This document shows positions 48,310 to 58,568 of a DNA stretch of 64,000 nt, one piece after another. The stretch is taken from NCBI GenBank assembly GCA_965140415.1, contig OZ223209.1, positions 4,928,001-4,992,000 of the forward strand, given 5' to 3'. The number at the start of each line of letters is the position of its first letter. Position 1 is the stretch's first letter. Source of the DNA: Myxococcota bacterium (GTDB lineage: Bacteria; Myxococcota_A; SURF-8). The notes beneath the pieces are model-generated. The model searched no databases and was not told the DNA's origin. It saw nothing but the letters and a program-made list of their open reading frames with translations. The translations under genes and the position numbers were made by a program.

Positions 48310-50115
48310 ATGCCGCGCATCGCTTTGTTGATGTTACTATTATTCAGCACGTTATTATCTCTTCCCGCAACGGCGGCGGTTCCCTGCCGCAATCCCACCG
48401 TGGGCATGGAATGCGACTTCGAAGGGTTTCGCTTCGGCGCACTGGAGCCGGAACTAGAGACAATCACCGCAACCTGCCGCCTGATCAGCACGAAACTCGT
48501 GATTTTCGTGCAGAACGGCAAGGAAGGCACGGCGACGGTGGAGCGGCTGCAAACGCTGGTGAATGCCTTCGAAACGGCGACACCCGCCAATTCGGAGCAG
48601 GGTATCCTTCGTGCTGCAAAAAACTACGGTTCGCTGCCTGCCACTCCCGACAACGATGACCGCGTGTACCTGGTGGTAGGCGATATCACAAACAACGCGC
48701 CCAATCCCGTGACCGCCTATTTCCGGGAAAAGGACATCGAACTGGATCACGGCGAACCGCTCGAAGGCAGCAATCAACACAAGGTAATATTCCTGGAAGT
48801 GGACAATTTCGACTCCGACCAGCGCCAGGGAGATCTGGCGCGCGAAACGCTGAACCTTACGCACTATGGCTTCGACGCCAACGAGGAAGAATGGATCAAG
48901 GATATTCTGGCGCGCAAGTTCGTAGTGGAACTGGGATTCGACAGCTACCTGGACCCGGTGGCGCAGTTTGCGCAATCGCCCAATAAACCGCTGGTCTCCG
49001 ACGATCCGGACCATGGCGCCACGACACTGTTCGGTATCTATCTTTCCGAAGTGTTCGAGTCGCTGTTTTTCGTAAGCTGGTTACAGGATGATACCAACGG
49101 CATGGCGGGCTTCGAGGAAAAACTGGGTATCGGCGGCGGTTTGTACAACAACTTCTGCGATTACTTCCATGAGTGGGCAACCTTTAACGGCCTGAATATG
49201 GGTGACTACGCCTACCACAGCATCCAGATCAACGATTTCAACGCGCGTTTCATTCAGAATCATCCGGGGACCGTGGCGGACAGCCTGGTTCAATATGCCG
49301 CCTCCTATATCGAAATCGATGTATCCGACGTGCAGCCGGAAGATGACTTTGAAGTAACCTACGAAGTGGCCGACACCACCGGCGTGCGCGTCACGGCGGC
49401 GCGTATCAATCGGCAGGGCATGCAGACGGGAGAGATCGGCGAACTGACCATCAACGCCGGACAGCCGACGCTCTTCCATTTCGATGATGCCGGCGAAAGC
49501 TACGATACCATCGTGCTGATTTCCTCGCGTTGCGCACCGGCAGACCCGATGCTCTACACCATCACAACCCGTGTAATCGAGCCGGTGCAACCGGATGGCG
49601 ACGAATCCCCGGACGGCGACACGGTGGTTACAGACGGCGACAGTGAAAGCTCCGATGGCGATTCGACCGATGGCGACGTGACTATCGATGGGGACGCCGA
49701 AGCGGAAGCGGATACTTCCACACCGATCATCGAAGGTTCGCTGAGTTGCCCGGAAGTGAACGAATGCTACCTGGACGCCGCCAACTCGACCGAACAGCAG
49801 GACTGTGTGGATGCGGGTACAAATCTGGCGCAGCGCCAATGGGCGGCGTATGTGGCCTGTATCAGCGGCGAGAAGGGTGGGCAGAACTGCCTTTCGCTGG
49901 AGACCGTCGAAGAGCGCGAAGCCTGCATGATCACCAACTGCACCAACGACGAATTGAAAGTCTGCGGCATCAATATCGTCGATCCGGGCGACAATCCCGA
50001 AGATCTGGGCGGATCGAGTTGCGCCGGTTTTAACGGAACGCATAATCACTGGCTTTGGCTATTGCTGTTAGCTGCTTTCGTTCTTCGTCAATGCAGGCAA
50101 CGGATGAAAGCATGA
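48310..50115 (+). CDS. Surface protein: degenerate M30-like metallopeptidase domain, DGD linker, Cys-rich domain, MYXO-CTERM-like tail
   Basis: Signal peptide; YGSLP..DNDDRVYL..DI…AYF..D…SN…IFL; C-terminal GGSSC-hydrophobic-RQCRQR. Confidence 0.78.
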   Translation: MPRIALLMLLLFSTLLSLPATAAVPCRNPTVGMECDFEGFRFGALEPELETITATCRLISTKLVIFVQNGKEGTATVERLQTLVNAFETATPANSEQGILRAAKNYGSLPATPDNDDRVYLVVGDITNNAPNPVTAYFREKDIELDHGEPLEGSNQHKVIFLEVDNFDSDQRQGDLARETLNLTHYGFDANEEEWIKDILARKFVVELGFDSYLDPVAQFAQSPNKPLVSDDPDHGATTLFGIYLSEVFESLFFVSWLQDDTNGMAGFEEKLGIGGGLYNNFCDYFHEWATFNGLNMGDYAYHSIQINDFNARFIQNHPGTVADSLVQYAASYIEIDVSDVQPEDDFEVTYEVADTTGVRVTAARINRQGMQTGEIGELTINAGQPTLFHFDDAGESYDTIVLISSRCAPADPMLYTITTRVIEPVQPDGDESPDGDTVVTDGDSESSDGDSTDGDVTIDGDAEAEADTSTPIIEGSLSCPEVNECYLDAANSTEQQDCVDAGTNLAQRQWAAYVACISGEKGGQNCLSLETVEEREACMITNCTNDELKVCGINIVDPGDNPEDLGGSSCAGFNGTHNHWLWLLLLAAFVLRQCRQRMKA

Positions 50116-50747
50116 TGGAGCGCGACGTCGTTTTCGGCAGCAACCCGCAACTGGCCGGGCGCTGGGGCGAATCCAAGCAACCCAAGGCGGCGCTCGTCTT
50201 TTCCCATCCCCACCCGTTAATGGGCGGCACGATGAGCAATAATGTCGTGCGGCTCTGCTGCCACTGGCTCAATCGCATGGACATCGCGACCCTGCGCTAT
50301 GATTTTCGCGGCGCGGGCGATTCCGGCGGCGAGCACGACGGCGGAGCCGGGGAAGTCGAAGATGTTCTGGCCGCCGTTGCGCAGGCACGCTGGCTGCTTG
50401 CGGAGTCGAATTTGCAACTGCCGCTGGTGCTGGCGGGCTACAGCTTTGGAAGCTGGGTCAACTGGCAAGCACTACCGGAACTGGACGATCTCTTTGGCCT
50501 GGTGCTCGTCTCCCCGCCGATGGCGCTGGACCCCTACCATTTTACGCCGTATCCCGACTTGCAACTCCCCGCGCTGGCTTTGGTAGGCGACCGCGACGAA
50601 TTTTGCCCGGCGGTGCAGTTTCGTCCGCAGATCGACGCGCTGTGTGCAAAAATGCAGGTGCATGTCGAAACGGGCATGGACCACTTCTGGTTCGGGCAGG
50701 AACGCGCACTGGCCGAACGCATCGCCACACGTTTCGGGTGGGGGTGA
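50112..50747 (+). CDS. Alpha/beta hydrolase (HPHP..GG type)
   Basis: SHPHPLMGGTM.N.VV, RYDFRGAGDS, AGYSFG, GDRDE, DHFW. Confidence 0.9.
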   Translation: MMERDVVFGSNPQLAGRWGESKQPKAALVFSHPHPLMGGTMSNNVVRLCCHWLNRMDIATLRYDFRGAGDSGGEHDGGAGEVEDVLAAVAQARWLLAESNLQLPLVLAGYSFGSWVNWQALPELDDLFGLVLVSPPMALDPYHFTPYPDLQLPALALVGDRDEFCPAVQFRPQIDALCAKMQVHVETGMDHFWFGQERALAERIATRFGWG

Positions 50748-50807
50748 AGAAAAAAATTCCTCCGAAGACATACTATAAGACTTTGCGATTGACTATGAAA
50801 ACGGGTG

Positions 50808-50911
50808 CCATGGGCAAAGCGAGAGAAACGAGCTTGCCCATGCAACTCCCGAACACGGGCAAGCCTGCGGCTTAGCCCGCGCCACCCTGGAATCAAGCAG
50901 GTTTGCAATAT
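50808..50911 (-). repeat. REP-like element, family A (extended copy)
   Basis: Core CACGGGCAAGCCTGCGGCTTAGCCCGCGCCACCC at 50854-50887, preceded by a CATGGGCAA…TTGCCCATG hairpin. Confidence 0.85.
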
Positions 50912-50952
50912 GTTGTATTGAATCCTTCCTCTATTTTCCCACCATCAAAGCC

Positions 50953-50981
50953 TTGACCAATATTCGGGGGTAGGCTAGCAT
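50953..50981 (+). promoter_or_regulatory. Putative sigma-70 promoter of pruA
   Basis: TTGACC-N17-TAGCAT. Confidence 0.5.
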
Positions 50982-51052
50982 GACTCCGCCAACCTGGAGC
51001 CTTTGAGGAATTGCAGCGTTTAAAGTAAAACTTGTTTCAAAGGAGGAAAGCC

Positions 51053-52684
51053 GTGAGTCTTGGAATGTTTAAAACGCCGACCGTAGAGAACGAACCGATC
51101 AAAGGGTATGCCCCCGGATCTTCCGAGCGCGCGTCGTTGAAAGCCAAGCTGGCTCAACTGGCCGGGAAGACCGTTGAAATCCCCATGGTCATCGGCGGCA
51201 GGAATGTCCGCACCGGTGATCTGGCCGAAACCCGAAGCCCACACAATTTCGAGTTGTTGTTATCCAAACACCACCAGGGCGGAGAAAAGGAAGTACAGGC
51301 CGCCGTCAATGCCGCCGCCAAGGCGCGTAAGGAATGGTCGAACTGGAGCTGGGAAGAACGCGCCGCCGTATTTTTGAAGGCCGCCGATCTGCTGGCCGGT
51401 CCCTACCGCGATACCTTGAACGCCGCCACCATGCTGGGGCAGAGCAAGACCGCGTTCCAGGCCGAAATCGACTCCGCCTGCGAGCTGATCGATTTCTTCC
51501 GCTTCAACGTGGAATACATGGTGCAGATTCTGCACAACCAGCCCGCCAGTTCTCCCGGCATCTGGAACCGCGTGGAATATCGCCCGCTGGAAGGCTTTGT
51601 CTTTGCGGTGACACCGTTTAACTTTACTTCCATCGCAGGCAATCTGCCCACCGCACCGGCTTTGATGGGTAACACGGTTATCTGGAAACCAGCGAGCACG
51701 TCGGTATACTCCGCGCACTTCATCATGCAGCTACTTAAAGAAGCCGGACTACCCGACGGCGTCATCAACATGGTGCTGGGATCGGGCGGTAAAATCGGCA
51801 ACCCGGTGATGAATCACCCGGATCTGGCCGGTATCCACTTCACCGGCTCCACAAACACCTTCCAGTCAATGTGGAAGACGGTTGGAAACAACATCGCATC
51901 CTATCGCAGCTACCCGCGTATCGTGGGCGAAACCGGCGGCAAGGACTTTATCTTCGCGCATCCCTCTGCAGATCCAGATGCCTTAGCCATTGCCATCGTG
52001 CGCGGCGCGTTCGAATACCAGGGGCAGAAATGCTCTGCCGCTTCGCGAGCTTATATTCCCAAGAGCCTGTGGAATCGGCTTTCCAAGCGATTGGAAAAGG
52101 AAATCGCCACCATCAAAATGGGTGATGTCAGCGATTTCCGCACCCTGATGGGCGCGGTCATCGACAACGCCAGCTTTACCAACATCAAGGGCTACATCGA
52201 CCGGGCGAAGAAATCGCCCAACGCCCAGATACTGATCGGCGGTGGAACGAATAAGAAAAACGGCTACTTCGTAGAGCCGACGGTCATTCTGGCTAAAAAG
52301 CCGGATTACGAAAGCATGGTGCAGGAGATCTTCGGTCCGGTGATTACGATCTACGTGTATCCGGACAAGCAGTTCAGCAAAACCCTGCAACTTTGCGATC
52401 AGACCAGCCCCTACGCATTGACCGGCGCAATCTTCTCCCAGGATCGCACGGCGGTGAACGAAGCCGTGAATGCGCTGCGGCATTCCGCAGGGAATTTCTA
52501 CATCAACGACAAACCCACCGGGGCGGTTGTCAATCAGCAGCCCTTCGGCGGCGGACGCGCCAGTGGCACCAACGATAAAGCGGGCAGTTATTTAAACCTA
52601 CTGCGTTGGACGAGCACGCGTTCGATCAAGGAAACCTTCGTTCCGCCTACGGCCTATGCCTATCCGTACATGAGCGAAGAGTAG
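51053..52684 (+). CDS. pruA: L-glutamate gamma-semialdehyde (P5C) dehydrogenase
   Basis: NEP..YAPGS.ER, QAEIDSACELIDF, PFNFT, ETGGKDF, FEYQGQKCSA, GRASGTNDKAG; AGGAGG RBS before a GTG start. Confidence 0.95.
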   Translation: MSLGMFKTPTVENEPIKGYAPGSSERASLKAKLAQLAGKTVEIPMVIGGRNVRTGDLAETRSPHNFELLLSKHHQGGEKEVQAAVNAAAKARKEWSNWSWEERAAVFLKAADLLAGPYRDTLNAATMLGQSKTAFQAEIDSACELIDFFRFNVEYMVQILHNQPASSPGIWNRVEYRPLEGFVFAVTPFNFTSIAGNLPTAPALMGNTVIWKPASTSVYSAHFIMQLLKEAGLPDGVINMVLGSGGKIGNPVMNHPDLAGIHFTGSTNTFQSMWKTVGNNIASYRSYPRIVGETGGKDFIFAHPSADPDALAIAIVRGAFEYQGQKCSAASRAYIPKSLWNRLSKRLEKEIATIKMGDVSDFRTLMGAVIDNASFTNIKGYIDRAKKSPNAQILIGGGTNKKNGYFVEPTVILAKKPDYESMVQEIFGPVITIYVYPDKQFSKTLQLCDQTSPYALTGAIFSQDRTAVNEAVNALRHSAGNFYINDKPTGAVVNQQPFGGGRASGTNDKAGSYLNLLRWTSTRSIKETFVPPTAYAYPYMSEE

Positions 52685-52711
52685 ACAAAACTCTTACAAG
52701 CCTGCCATTTG

Positions 52712-52738
52712 CGCCCGCCCGAAAAGGCGGGCGTTTTT
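52712..52738 (+). terminator. Intrinsic terminator after pruA
   Basis: CGCCCGCC-CGAAAA-GGCGGGCG followed by TTTTT. Confidence 0.85.
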
Positions 52739-52873
52739 CGTTTCCACGTATTGCTTGACTCTGCATATATATAAGCATATAATTAGTCTGGGGGTTGAAA
52801 AAACACCCAGTTAAGAATAATAACGAGGTAATCGACGGGAATCCGACTGAACGGATTCCGAGAGGTGGCACCC

Positions 52874-53950
52874 ATGTATTTATCGTTGTTGCAGTATCTG
52901 AAATGCCCTCAGTGTGCGCACGACACACTGGAGTTGTCTGCAAAAACTCAAAACGGTGAAGAGATTCTGGCGGGTGATCTTCGCTGTCCAGCGTGTAAGC
53001 GGATCTTTCCGATTATCGATTCCGTCCCCAACTTCCTGCCCGAAGCAGAGACTCGCAAGCCCTGGCGCAAAGCCTGGAGCTACAAGTGGGATCATGTGGC
53101 CAAAGACGTTCGCTACAGCGAAGAAGGGGACGAGGACTTTGAGATCAAGATGAACTACTCCGGCCAGTTTTCCGGCGATCTGTCCGGAAAACTGGCCTTG
53201 GATGCCGGTTGCGGCAGCGGACAGGACACCGCCCGCATTGCACGTCTCGGGGCGGAGGTCATCGCCGTGGATCAGAGCACCGGAGTGTACCAGGCACATA
53301 AGTTTAATGCAGGCAAGAACTACCGTTCCCCCGTGCATTTTATCCGCGCCGACATTTTTCACCTGCCATTGAAGGATGACATTTTCGACCTTATTTACAG
53401 TAACGGTGTACTGCATCACACACCGGACACCAAGCAAGCGTTCGATTCGGTCGCACCGTTATTGAAGCAAGGCGGCGATATCGCCATCTGGGTATACGAC
53501 CGCACGCAATACTGGCGGCTGTTCGAAACCTTCTGGAGGCCGGTGCTTTCCCGCTTGCCTCATCCCCTGCTTTCGCTGTTTCTGCATTCGGTCAACCGTC
53601 CCTGGCACGCGATTTACCGCTACCGCAAGTTCATGATGAAAACCGTGAATCCCTGGCCGGATAACACCGTAGCCGAATTCCTTTTCGATCTGTTCAGCGG
53701 CGGACATGTGCTCTATCTGCTTACGGATTATCACTTGCATCTTGCACATCGGGTGGAAGACCATTATATTCGTTATCATCATGCTTTCGATGGCTATGCG
53801 CCACGCTATGCATGGGGACACAACGAATCGGAGTTATTCGACTGGTTCAGCTACCACGGCATTCGAACCACCGCCATTTCTCCGGTCAGATGCGGATTGA
53901 CGGGCAAGAAAGACAATACATGTGCGGTATCTGCGGAATCTTCTCCTTAA
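52874..53950 (+). CDS. Trm112-like zinc ribbon fused to a class I SAM methyltransferase
   Basis: LKCPQC…LRCPAC..FPI..VP; LDAGCGSG; FDLIYSNGVLHHTPD. Confidence 0.88.
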   Translation: MYLSLLQYLKCPQCAHDTLELSAKTQNGEEILAGDLRCPACKRIFPIIDSVPNFLPEAETRKPWRKAWSYKWDHVAKDVRYSEEGDEDFEIKMNYSGQFSGDLSGKLALDAGCGSGQDTARIARLGAEVIAVDQSTGVYQAHKFNAGKNYRSPVHFIRADIFHLPLKDDIFDLIYSNGVLHHTPDTKQAFDSVAPLLKQGGDIAIWVYDRTQYWRLFETFWRPVLSRLPHPLLSLFLHSVNRPWHAIYRYRKFMMKTVNPWPDNTVAEFLFDLFSGGHVLYLLTDYHLHLAHRVEDHYIRYHHAFDGYAPRYAWGHNESELFDWFSYHGIRTTAISPVRCGLTGKKDNTCAVSAESSP

Positions 53951-55716
53951 ACAGAACCAGACTGGACAAAACTCCATTGGCGACTATGAGCCGCTCGCTG
54001 ACTCATCGTGGACCGGACGCAGAAGGAACCTTCGTCGATGACAACGGCCTGCTGGCTTTCGGACACCGACGCCTGAAGGTGCTGGATCTATCGGAAAATG
54101 GCGCACAACCGATGAGCAGCCCGGACGGGCAGGTTCATCTTTGCTACAACGGCGAAGTTTACAACTTCCTGGAGTTGAGGAAGGAGTTGGAAGCCAGTGG
54201 ATATCGCTTTCGCTCCCAGACGGACACGGAAGTCGTGCTCGCCGCCTATCAACAATACGGCTGGGATTTCGTTGAACGCCTGAACGGAGATTTCGCCTTT
54301 GCGCTCTACGACAAGCGCAGCGAAACCCTGCGACTCTACCGGGACCGAATCGGCATCCGCCCGCTCTACTACTTCGAGGCCAACGGTGTATTCGGTTTCG
54401 CCTCCGAGATCAAGGCGCTGCTCGAACATCCGGCGGCACCACACGCGCCGAATCTGGATCGCCTGCGGGAGTACATCGGGCATTTGTATATCTGCGGTGA
54501 AGAAACGCTGTTTCAAGGAATTTACGAAGTGCAGCCCGGTTCGTATGTGGAAGTGAGAAACGGTCGGGTGCGAACCGGGCGCTACCATCTCTTCAGTTAC
54601 GACCCGGAAGTACGCCGCATGACGGCGAACGAGCGAAGGGAGCGCTTCGTCGAATTGCTGGACGATTCGATCCGGCTGCGTCAGATCAGCGATGTTCCAC
54701 TGGGGCTGTACCTTTCGGGAGGCGTAGACAGCAGCTACTTAGCCTGTCGCATGCGCGCCGCAGATGCAGATGCCGACATCCACAGCTATTCCCTGGGGTT
54801 CGAATACGGCGATTACAACGAGTTTCCCTATTCCCGGCAGGCTTCCACCACTGCGGCAACGACGCACCGGGAATTCATCGTGCGCGAATCGGAATTCTTC
54901 GACGTGATCGACAAGGTGCTGCGTCACTATGATGAACCTGTGCCGCACCTGGTGGCGATTCCGCAGTATTACCTGGCGCGCGAAGCCAAGCCGAATATCA
55001 CGGTGGCTCTTTCCGGTACGGGTGGAGACGAACTGCTGGCAGGCTACAGCCACTATTTCGCAGCGATGAAACTGCATGAAGGCACGCTGGATCTGTCGCG
55101 CGCCGACAGGGATGTGGCCGCGTATCAACAGGGACTGAAGCCGGAACAGATCGCCTCCGAATTTAAAAGCTGCTCGCAGATGTGGCTGGTGGATAAGATC
55201 ATTCCCGGCGAGGATTACCGCGATTCCGTCGCACGGCATTTTCGGGAGGGTGGATACCCGGACTTTCTTTCCAACATGCTGTACATGGATTTAAAATCGC
55301 ACGTCGTTCACATGATGAACAAAGAAGATAAAATGAACATGGCTTTCGGCGTGGAGGGGCGCTTCCCCTATTTCGATTACCGCCTGGTACAGTTCGCCCT
55401 GTCGCTACCCCTGGAAGACAAGATCCACAAAACGACCACCAAGGCGCTGTTGAAAAAGCTGGCGGAAAGTTATTTTCCTAAACGTTTTCTCCATCGCGAA
55501 AAGCAGGCATTTCCCACGCCGGTGGAGCGCTGGTTCGCAAAGGACAAGCGCCATCTACGTTTTCCCGTTCTGCGCAAACAGCTTTCGGACCAGTTGAATT
55601 TCAATGTAATCGACGAACTCGCCAAGCAGCACAGCGAAAGCAATCGCCAGCACACCAGACGGCTCTGGGGTTTGTATTGCCTGGACGTCTGGTTCCGACA
55701 GCACTTCTATTCCTGA
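53920..55716 (+). CDS. asnB: Asparagine synthase (glutamine-hydrolysing) family amidotransferase
   Basis: MCGICG, HRGPD, HRRL, NGEVYN, DTEV, LSGGVDSS, SGTGGDE, EGRFPY.D. Confidence 0.93.
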   Translation: MCGICGIFSLNRTRLDKTPLATMSRSLTHRGPDAEGTFVDDNGLLAFGHRRLKVLDLSENGAQPMSSPDGQVHLCYNGEVYNFLELRKELEASGYRFRSQTDTEVVLAAYQQYGWDFVERLNGDFAFALYDKRSETLRLYRDRIGIRPLYYFEANGVFGFASEIKALLEHPAAPHAPNLDRLREYIGHLYICGEETLFQGIYEVQPGSYVEVRNGRVRTGRYHLFSYDPEVRRMTANERRERFVELLDDSIRLRQISDVPLGLYLSGGVDSSYLACRMRAADADADIHSYSLGFEYGDYNEFPYSRQASTTAATTHREFIVRESEFFDVIDKVLRHYDEPVPHLVAIPQYYLAREAKPNITVALSGTGGDELLAGYSHYFAAMKLHEGTLDLSRADRDVAAYQQGLKPEQIASEFKSCSQMWLVDKIIPGEDYRDSVARHFREGGYPDFLSNMLYMDLKSHVVHMMNKEDKMNMAFGVEGRFPYFDYRLVQFALSLPLEDKIHKTTTKALLKKLAESYFPKRFLHREKQAFPTPVERWFAKDKRHLRFPVLRKQLSDQLNFNVIDELAKQHSESNRQHTRRLWGLYCLDVWFRQHFYS

Positions 55717-55901
55717 CTGCGAACAACAAGCATAAGGTCGGAGATGGCTGTCATGGAGACTTATTAGCCTACTCCAACAAAAACAATCCCTTGCGTTTTC
55801 ACGGACCTTTCAGTACAGTTTGCTTCCAAGGAAGCCTGGAATGACGCCGTCCTCACATGGGGGCGACTGCAACTTCATTCGATCACGTAAGGAGAGAAGC
55901 G

Positions 55902-57143
55902 ATGTCGAAGCTTGCAATCAATGGCGCGAAGCCGCTAAGAAGCAAACCCTATCCCACCTGGCCGCCGTATGGCAAGGAGGAAGAAAAGGGTCTGTTGGAA
56001 GTATTGCATTCCCAGAACTGGGGCGGGTATCCTTCTCCCAACGTGCGCGCCAATACCTTTGCCAACGATTTCGCGGCCCATCACGACGCCGGTTTCGGTA
56101 TTTGCTGCGCCAACGGTTCGGTTTCGCTGGAAATCGCCTTGAATGCGGCAGGGATTCAAGCCGGTGACGAAGTTATCGTGCCTTGTTACACCTGGCTGGC
56201 AACAGCCGGTTGTGCGGTGTTCGTTAACGCCGTGCCGGTATTCGTAGACGTGCGCCCCTCCGATTACACCATCGACCCCAAACTGGTCGAAAAAGCGATT
56301 ACCAAGAAAACGCGCGCCGTCATCGCCGTGCATCTGGGCAGTTCCATTGCCGATCTGACGGCCTTGAAACGTATCTGCAAAAAGCACAAGCTGGTGCTGA
56401 TTGAAGACTGTGCCCACGTGCATGGCGCGAAGTATAAGGGCAAGGGTGTAGGCAGCCACGGCGACTTCGGTTCCTTCTCCTTCCAGTCTTCCAAACTGAT
56501 GACCGCCGGTGAAGGCGGTATCGTCATCACGAACAACAAGGAATTCGAGATGCGCCTACAGTCGCTGGTGAACTGTGGCCGTAAAGAATGGGGCTACGAC
56601 GACTACAAGGGTCATGTCTTCGGCAACAACTACCGCATCAGCGAATTTCAAGTGGCGGTATTGCAGGGCCAACTGAAGAACCTGGCGAAGTTCACCAAAA
56701 AACGAGCAGAAATGGCCGCGCTGCTGACGGAAGAACTGGACAAGATCAAGGGGATCAAAACGATCAAGGCTCCCAAGGCCGTGACCCAGACCACCCACTA
56801 CCAGTACATCTTTAAATATGATCCCAAAGGCTTCAAGGGGCTGCATCGCGACCGCTTCCTGGAAGCGCTGGCGGCGGAAGGGATCATGGCCGACGGCGAT
56901 TTCTACGAACCAATCCAGGCGCGACCCATATTCAGTCCGTCTATCAAAAAGTATCCTGCGTTAAAGCAGCGCTACCCAAAAGGCATCACCGCCGAGAGCG
57001 CGGATACGCCGGTAGCCTTTAAAGCCGCTTACGAAGAAGCCTGCTGGCTGCATTATCCGTACCTGATGGGAACGAAGAAAGACGTGATGGACATCGTTCG
57101 CGCAATCCGTAAAATCCAGGATAACGTAGACGAGTTACTCTAG
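55902..57143 (+). CDS. DegT/DnrJ/EryC1/StrS aminotransferase, RifK/BtrR/StsC-like
   Basis: P.WP.Y N-terminus, GDEVIVPCYTWLATA, IEDCAH, FSFQSSKLMTAGEGG, NYRISE. Confidence 0.92.
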   Translation: MSKLAINGAKPLRSKPYPTWPPYGKEEEKGLLEVLHSQNWGGYPSPNVRANTFANDFAAHHDAGFGICCANGSVSLEIALNAAGIQAGDEVIVPCYTWLATAGCAVFVNAVPVFVDVRPSDYTIDPKLVEKAITKKTRAVIAVHLGSSIADLTALKRICKKHKLVLIEDCAHVHGAKYKGKGVGSHGDFGSFSFQSSKLMTAGEGGIVITNNKEFEMRLQSLVNCGRKEWGYDDYKGHVFGNNYRISEFQVAVLQGQLKNLAKFTKKRAEMAALLTEELDKIKGIKTIKAPKAVTQTTHYQYIFKYDPKGFKGLHRDRFLEALAAEGIMADGDFYEPIQARPIFSPSIKKYPALKQRYPKGITAESADTPVAFKAAYEEACWLHYPYLMGTKKDVMDIVRAIRKIQDNVDELL

Positions 57144-57295
57144 TTCTTTATCGCTCCGCTTTGGCGCAGCCGATTCTCGATATGTACATTTTGGAAAATG
57201 ACTTGACATCGGTATGGTGAATCGCCATGCTCAGAATTACGAGGCTGCGATTCCGCATCCCTTGCTAAGTGATCGACCATGGGAGGCAGGCTGAA

Positions 57296-58504
57296 ATGCC
57301 CCGAGCACGTGTTTCGAAGGACAAAGCCGCCGGCAAATCGTCCGGTAAAAGTACGGAAAAGAAAAGTACTCCAAAAACCACTAAGAGGACGATCAAACGT
57401 CCCTTGCGAATCGGTTTGATCGGAGCCGGGTGGATCTCGACGGTACATTACGATGCCTTCAAGGCCATCGGAAACTGCGAGGTCATCGCCCAGGCCGACC
57501 CGGACAAGGCTCGCCATAAGGAGTTCATTAAAGAGCGCCCGATTCCCAGCTATCACAAGTCGCACCTGGAAATGATCCAGCGCCGCGATATCGACGTGGT
57601 GACGGTGGCGGTACCCAACAATCTGCATGCACCTTTGGCCATCGATGCCTTAAAGGCAGGTAAGCACGTTATAGTGGAAAAACCGCTGTGTTTGACGATA
57701 GCCGAAGCGGAAGAAATTCAATACTGGTCGCAAAAGAAGGGGCGCGTGGTCGGCTATGCCGAAGAGCTTTGCTACGTTCCCAAATTCGTGCGCATGAAAC
57801 AGATTGCGGACGAAGGCGGAGCCGGTGACATCTATATGGTGAAACAGTGCGAGAAGCACGCCGGGCCATATTCACCATGGTTCTGGACCGTCGAACAGGC
57901 GGGCGGTGGAATTCTGATGGACATGGGCTGCCACGCCATTGAGTTCTGCCGCTGGTTCATGGGCAAGAAGCCGGTCAAGTCGGTCACGGCTCATTGTGGT
58001 CGCTACCTGCATACCTGGGCGCCGGTGGAGGACCATGTCATCCTGACCATGGAATTCACGGACGGCACCCTGGCGCATGTGGAAAGCAGTTGGGCCTTGC
58101 AAGGCGGCATGGCGTCTACGGCGGAAGCCTACGGTACCCAGGGCGTATTATACGGCGATCTGCTGCAAGGCATGGGACTGCAAGTCTATTCCCAGCAGGG
58201 GTATCCGCCCATGCCTTACAATCGCGCCCAAACCAGTGGTCCGGAAAGTGTAGGCTGGTCCACACCGGATTACGAATGGCTCTGGAACAACGGCTATCCG
58301 CAGGAGATGCAGGATTTTCTGACTTGCGTTCGTGAAGGCGGAACTCCGTTGGAATCGGCTCAGGATGGCCTGGCGGTATTGGAAATCATGCTGGCGGCCT
58401 ATCATTCTGCCGGAACCGGTCAGCGGGTGGAACTGCCATTCCGCCCGGACATTCATCGCCCGGTGGAATTGTGGATCAATCCGCAAAAACAACTTAAGCT
58501 TTAA
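57296..58504 (+). CDS. Gfo/Idh/MocA family oxidoreductase
   Basis: IGLIGAGWI, PN..H, GKHVIVEKP, GGGILMDMGCH. Confidence 0.92.
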   Translation: MPRARVSKDKAAGKSSGKSTEKKSTPKTTKRTIKRPLRIGLIGAGWISTVHYDAFKAIGNCEVIAQADPDKARHKEFIKERPIPSYHKSHLEMIQRRDIDVVTVAVPNNLHAPLAIDALKAGKHVIVEKPLCLTIAEAEEIQYWSQKKGRVVGYAEELCYVPKFVRMKQIADEGGAGDIYMVKQCEKHAGPYSPWFWTVEQAGGGILMDMGCHAIEFCRWFMGKKPVKSVTAHCGRYLHTWAPVEDHVILTMEFTDGTLAHVESSWALQGGMASTAEAYGTQGVLYGDLLQGMGLQVYSQQGYPPMPYNRAQTSGPESVGWSTPDYEWLWNNGYPQEMQDFLTCVREGGTPLESAQDGLAVLEIMLAAYHSAGTGQRVELPFRPDIHRPVELWINPQKQLKL

Positions 58505-58568
58505 AAATACAGTGTACCATTAAACACCATACTACTTGCTTTATTGATTAAACAGATGGGATGCTGAG

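Noticed and set aside
53920-55716. AsnB as a lasso peptide cyclase
   Set aside because: It has a full glutaminase domain with N-terminal Cys, and no B1/B2 proteins or precursor peptide were seen nearby.
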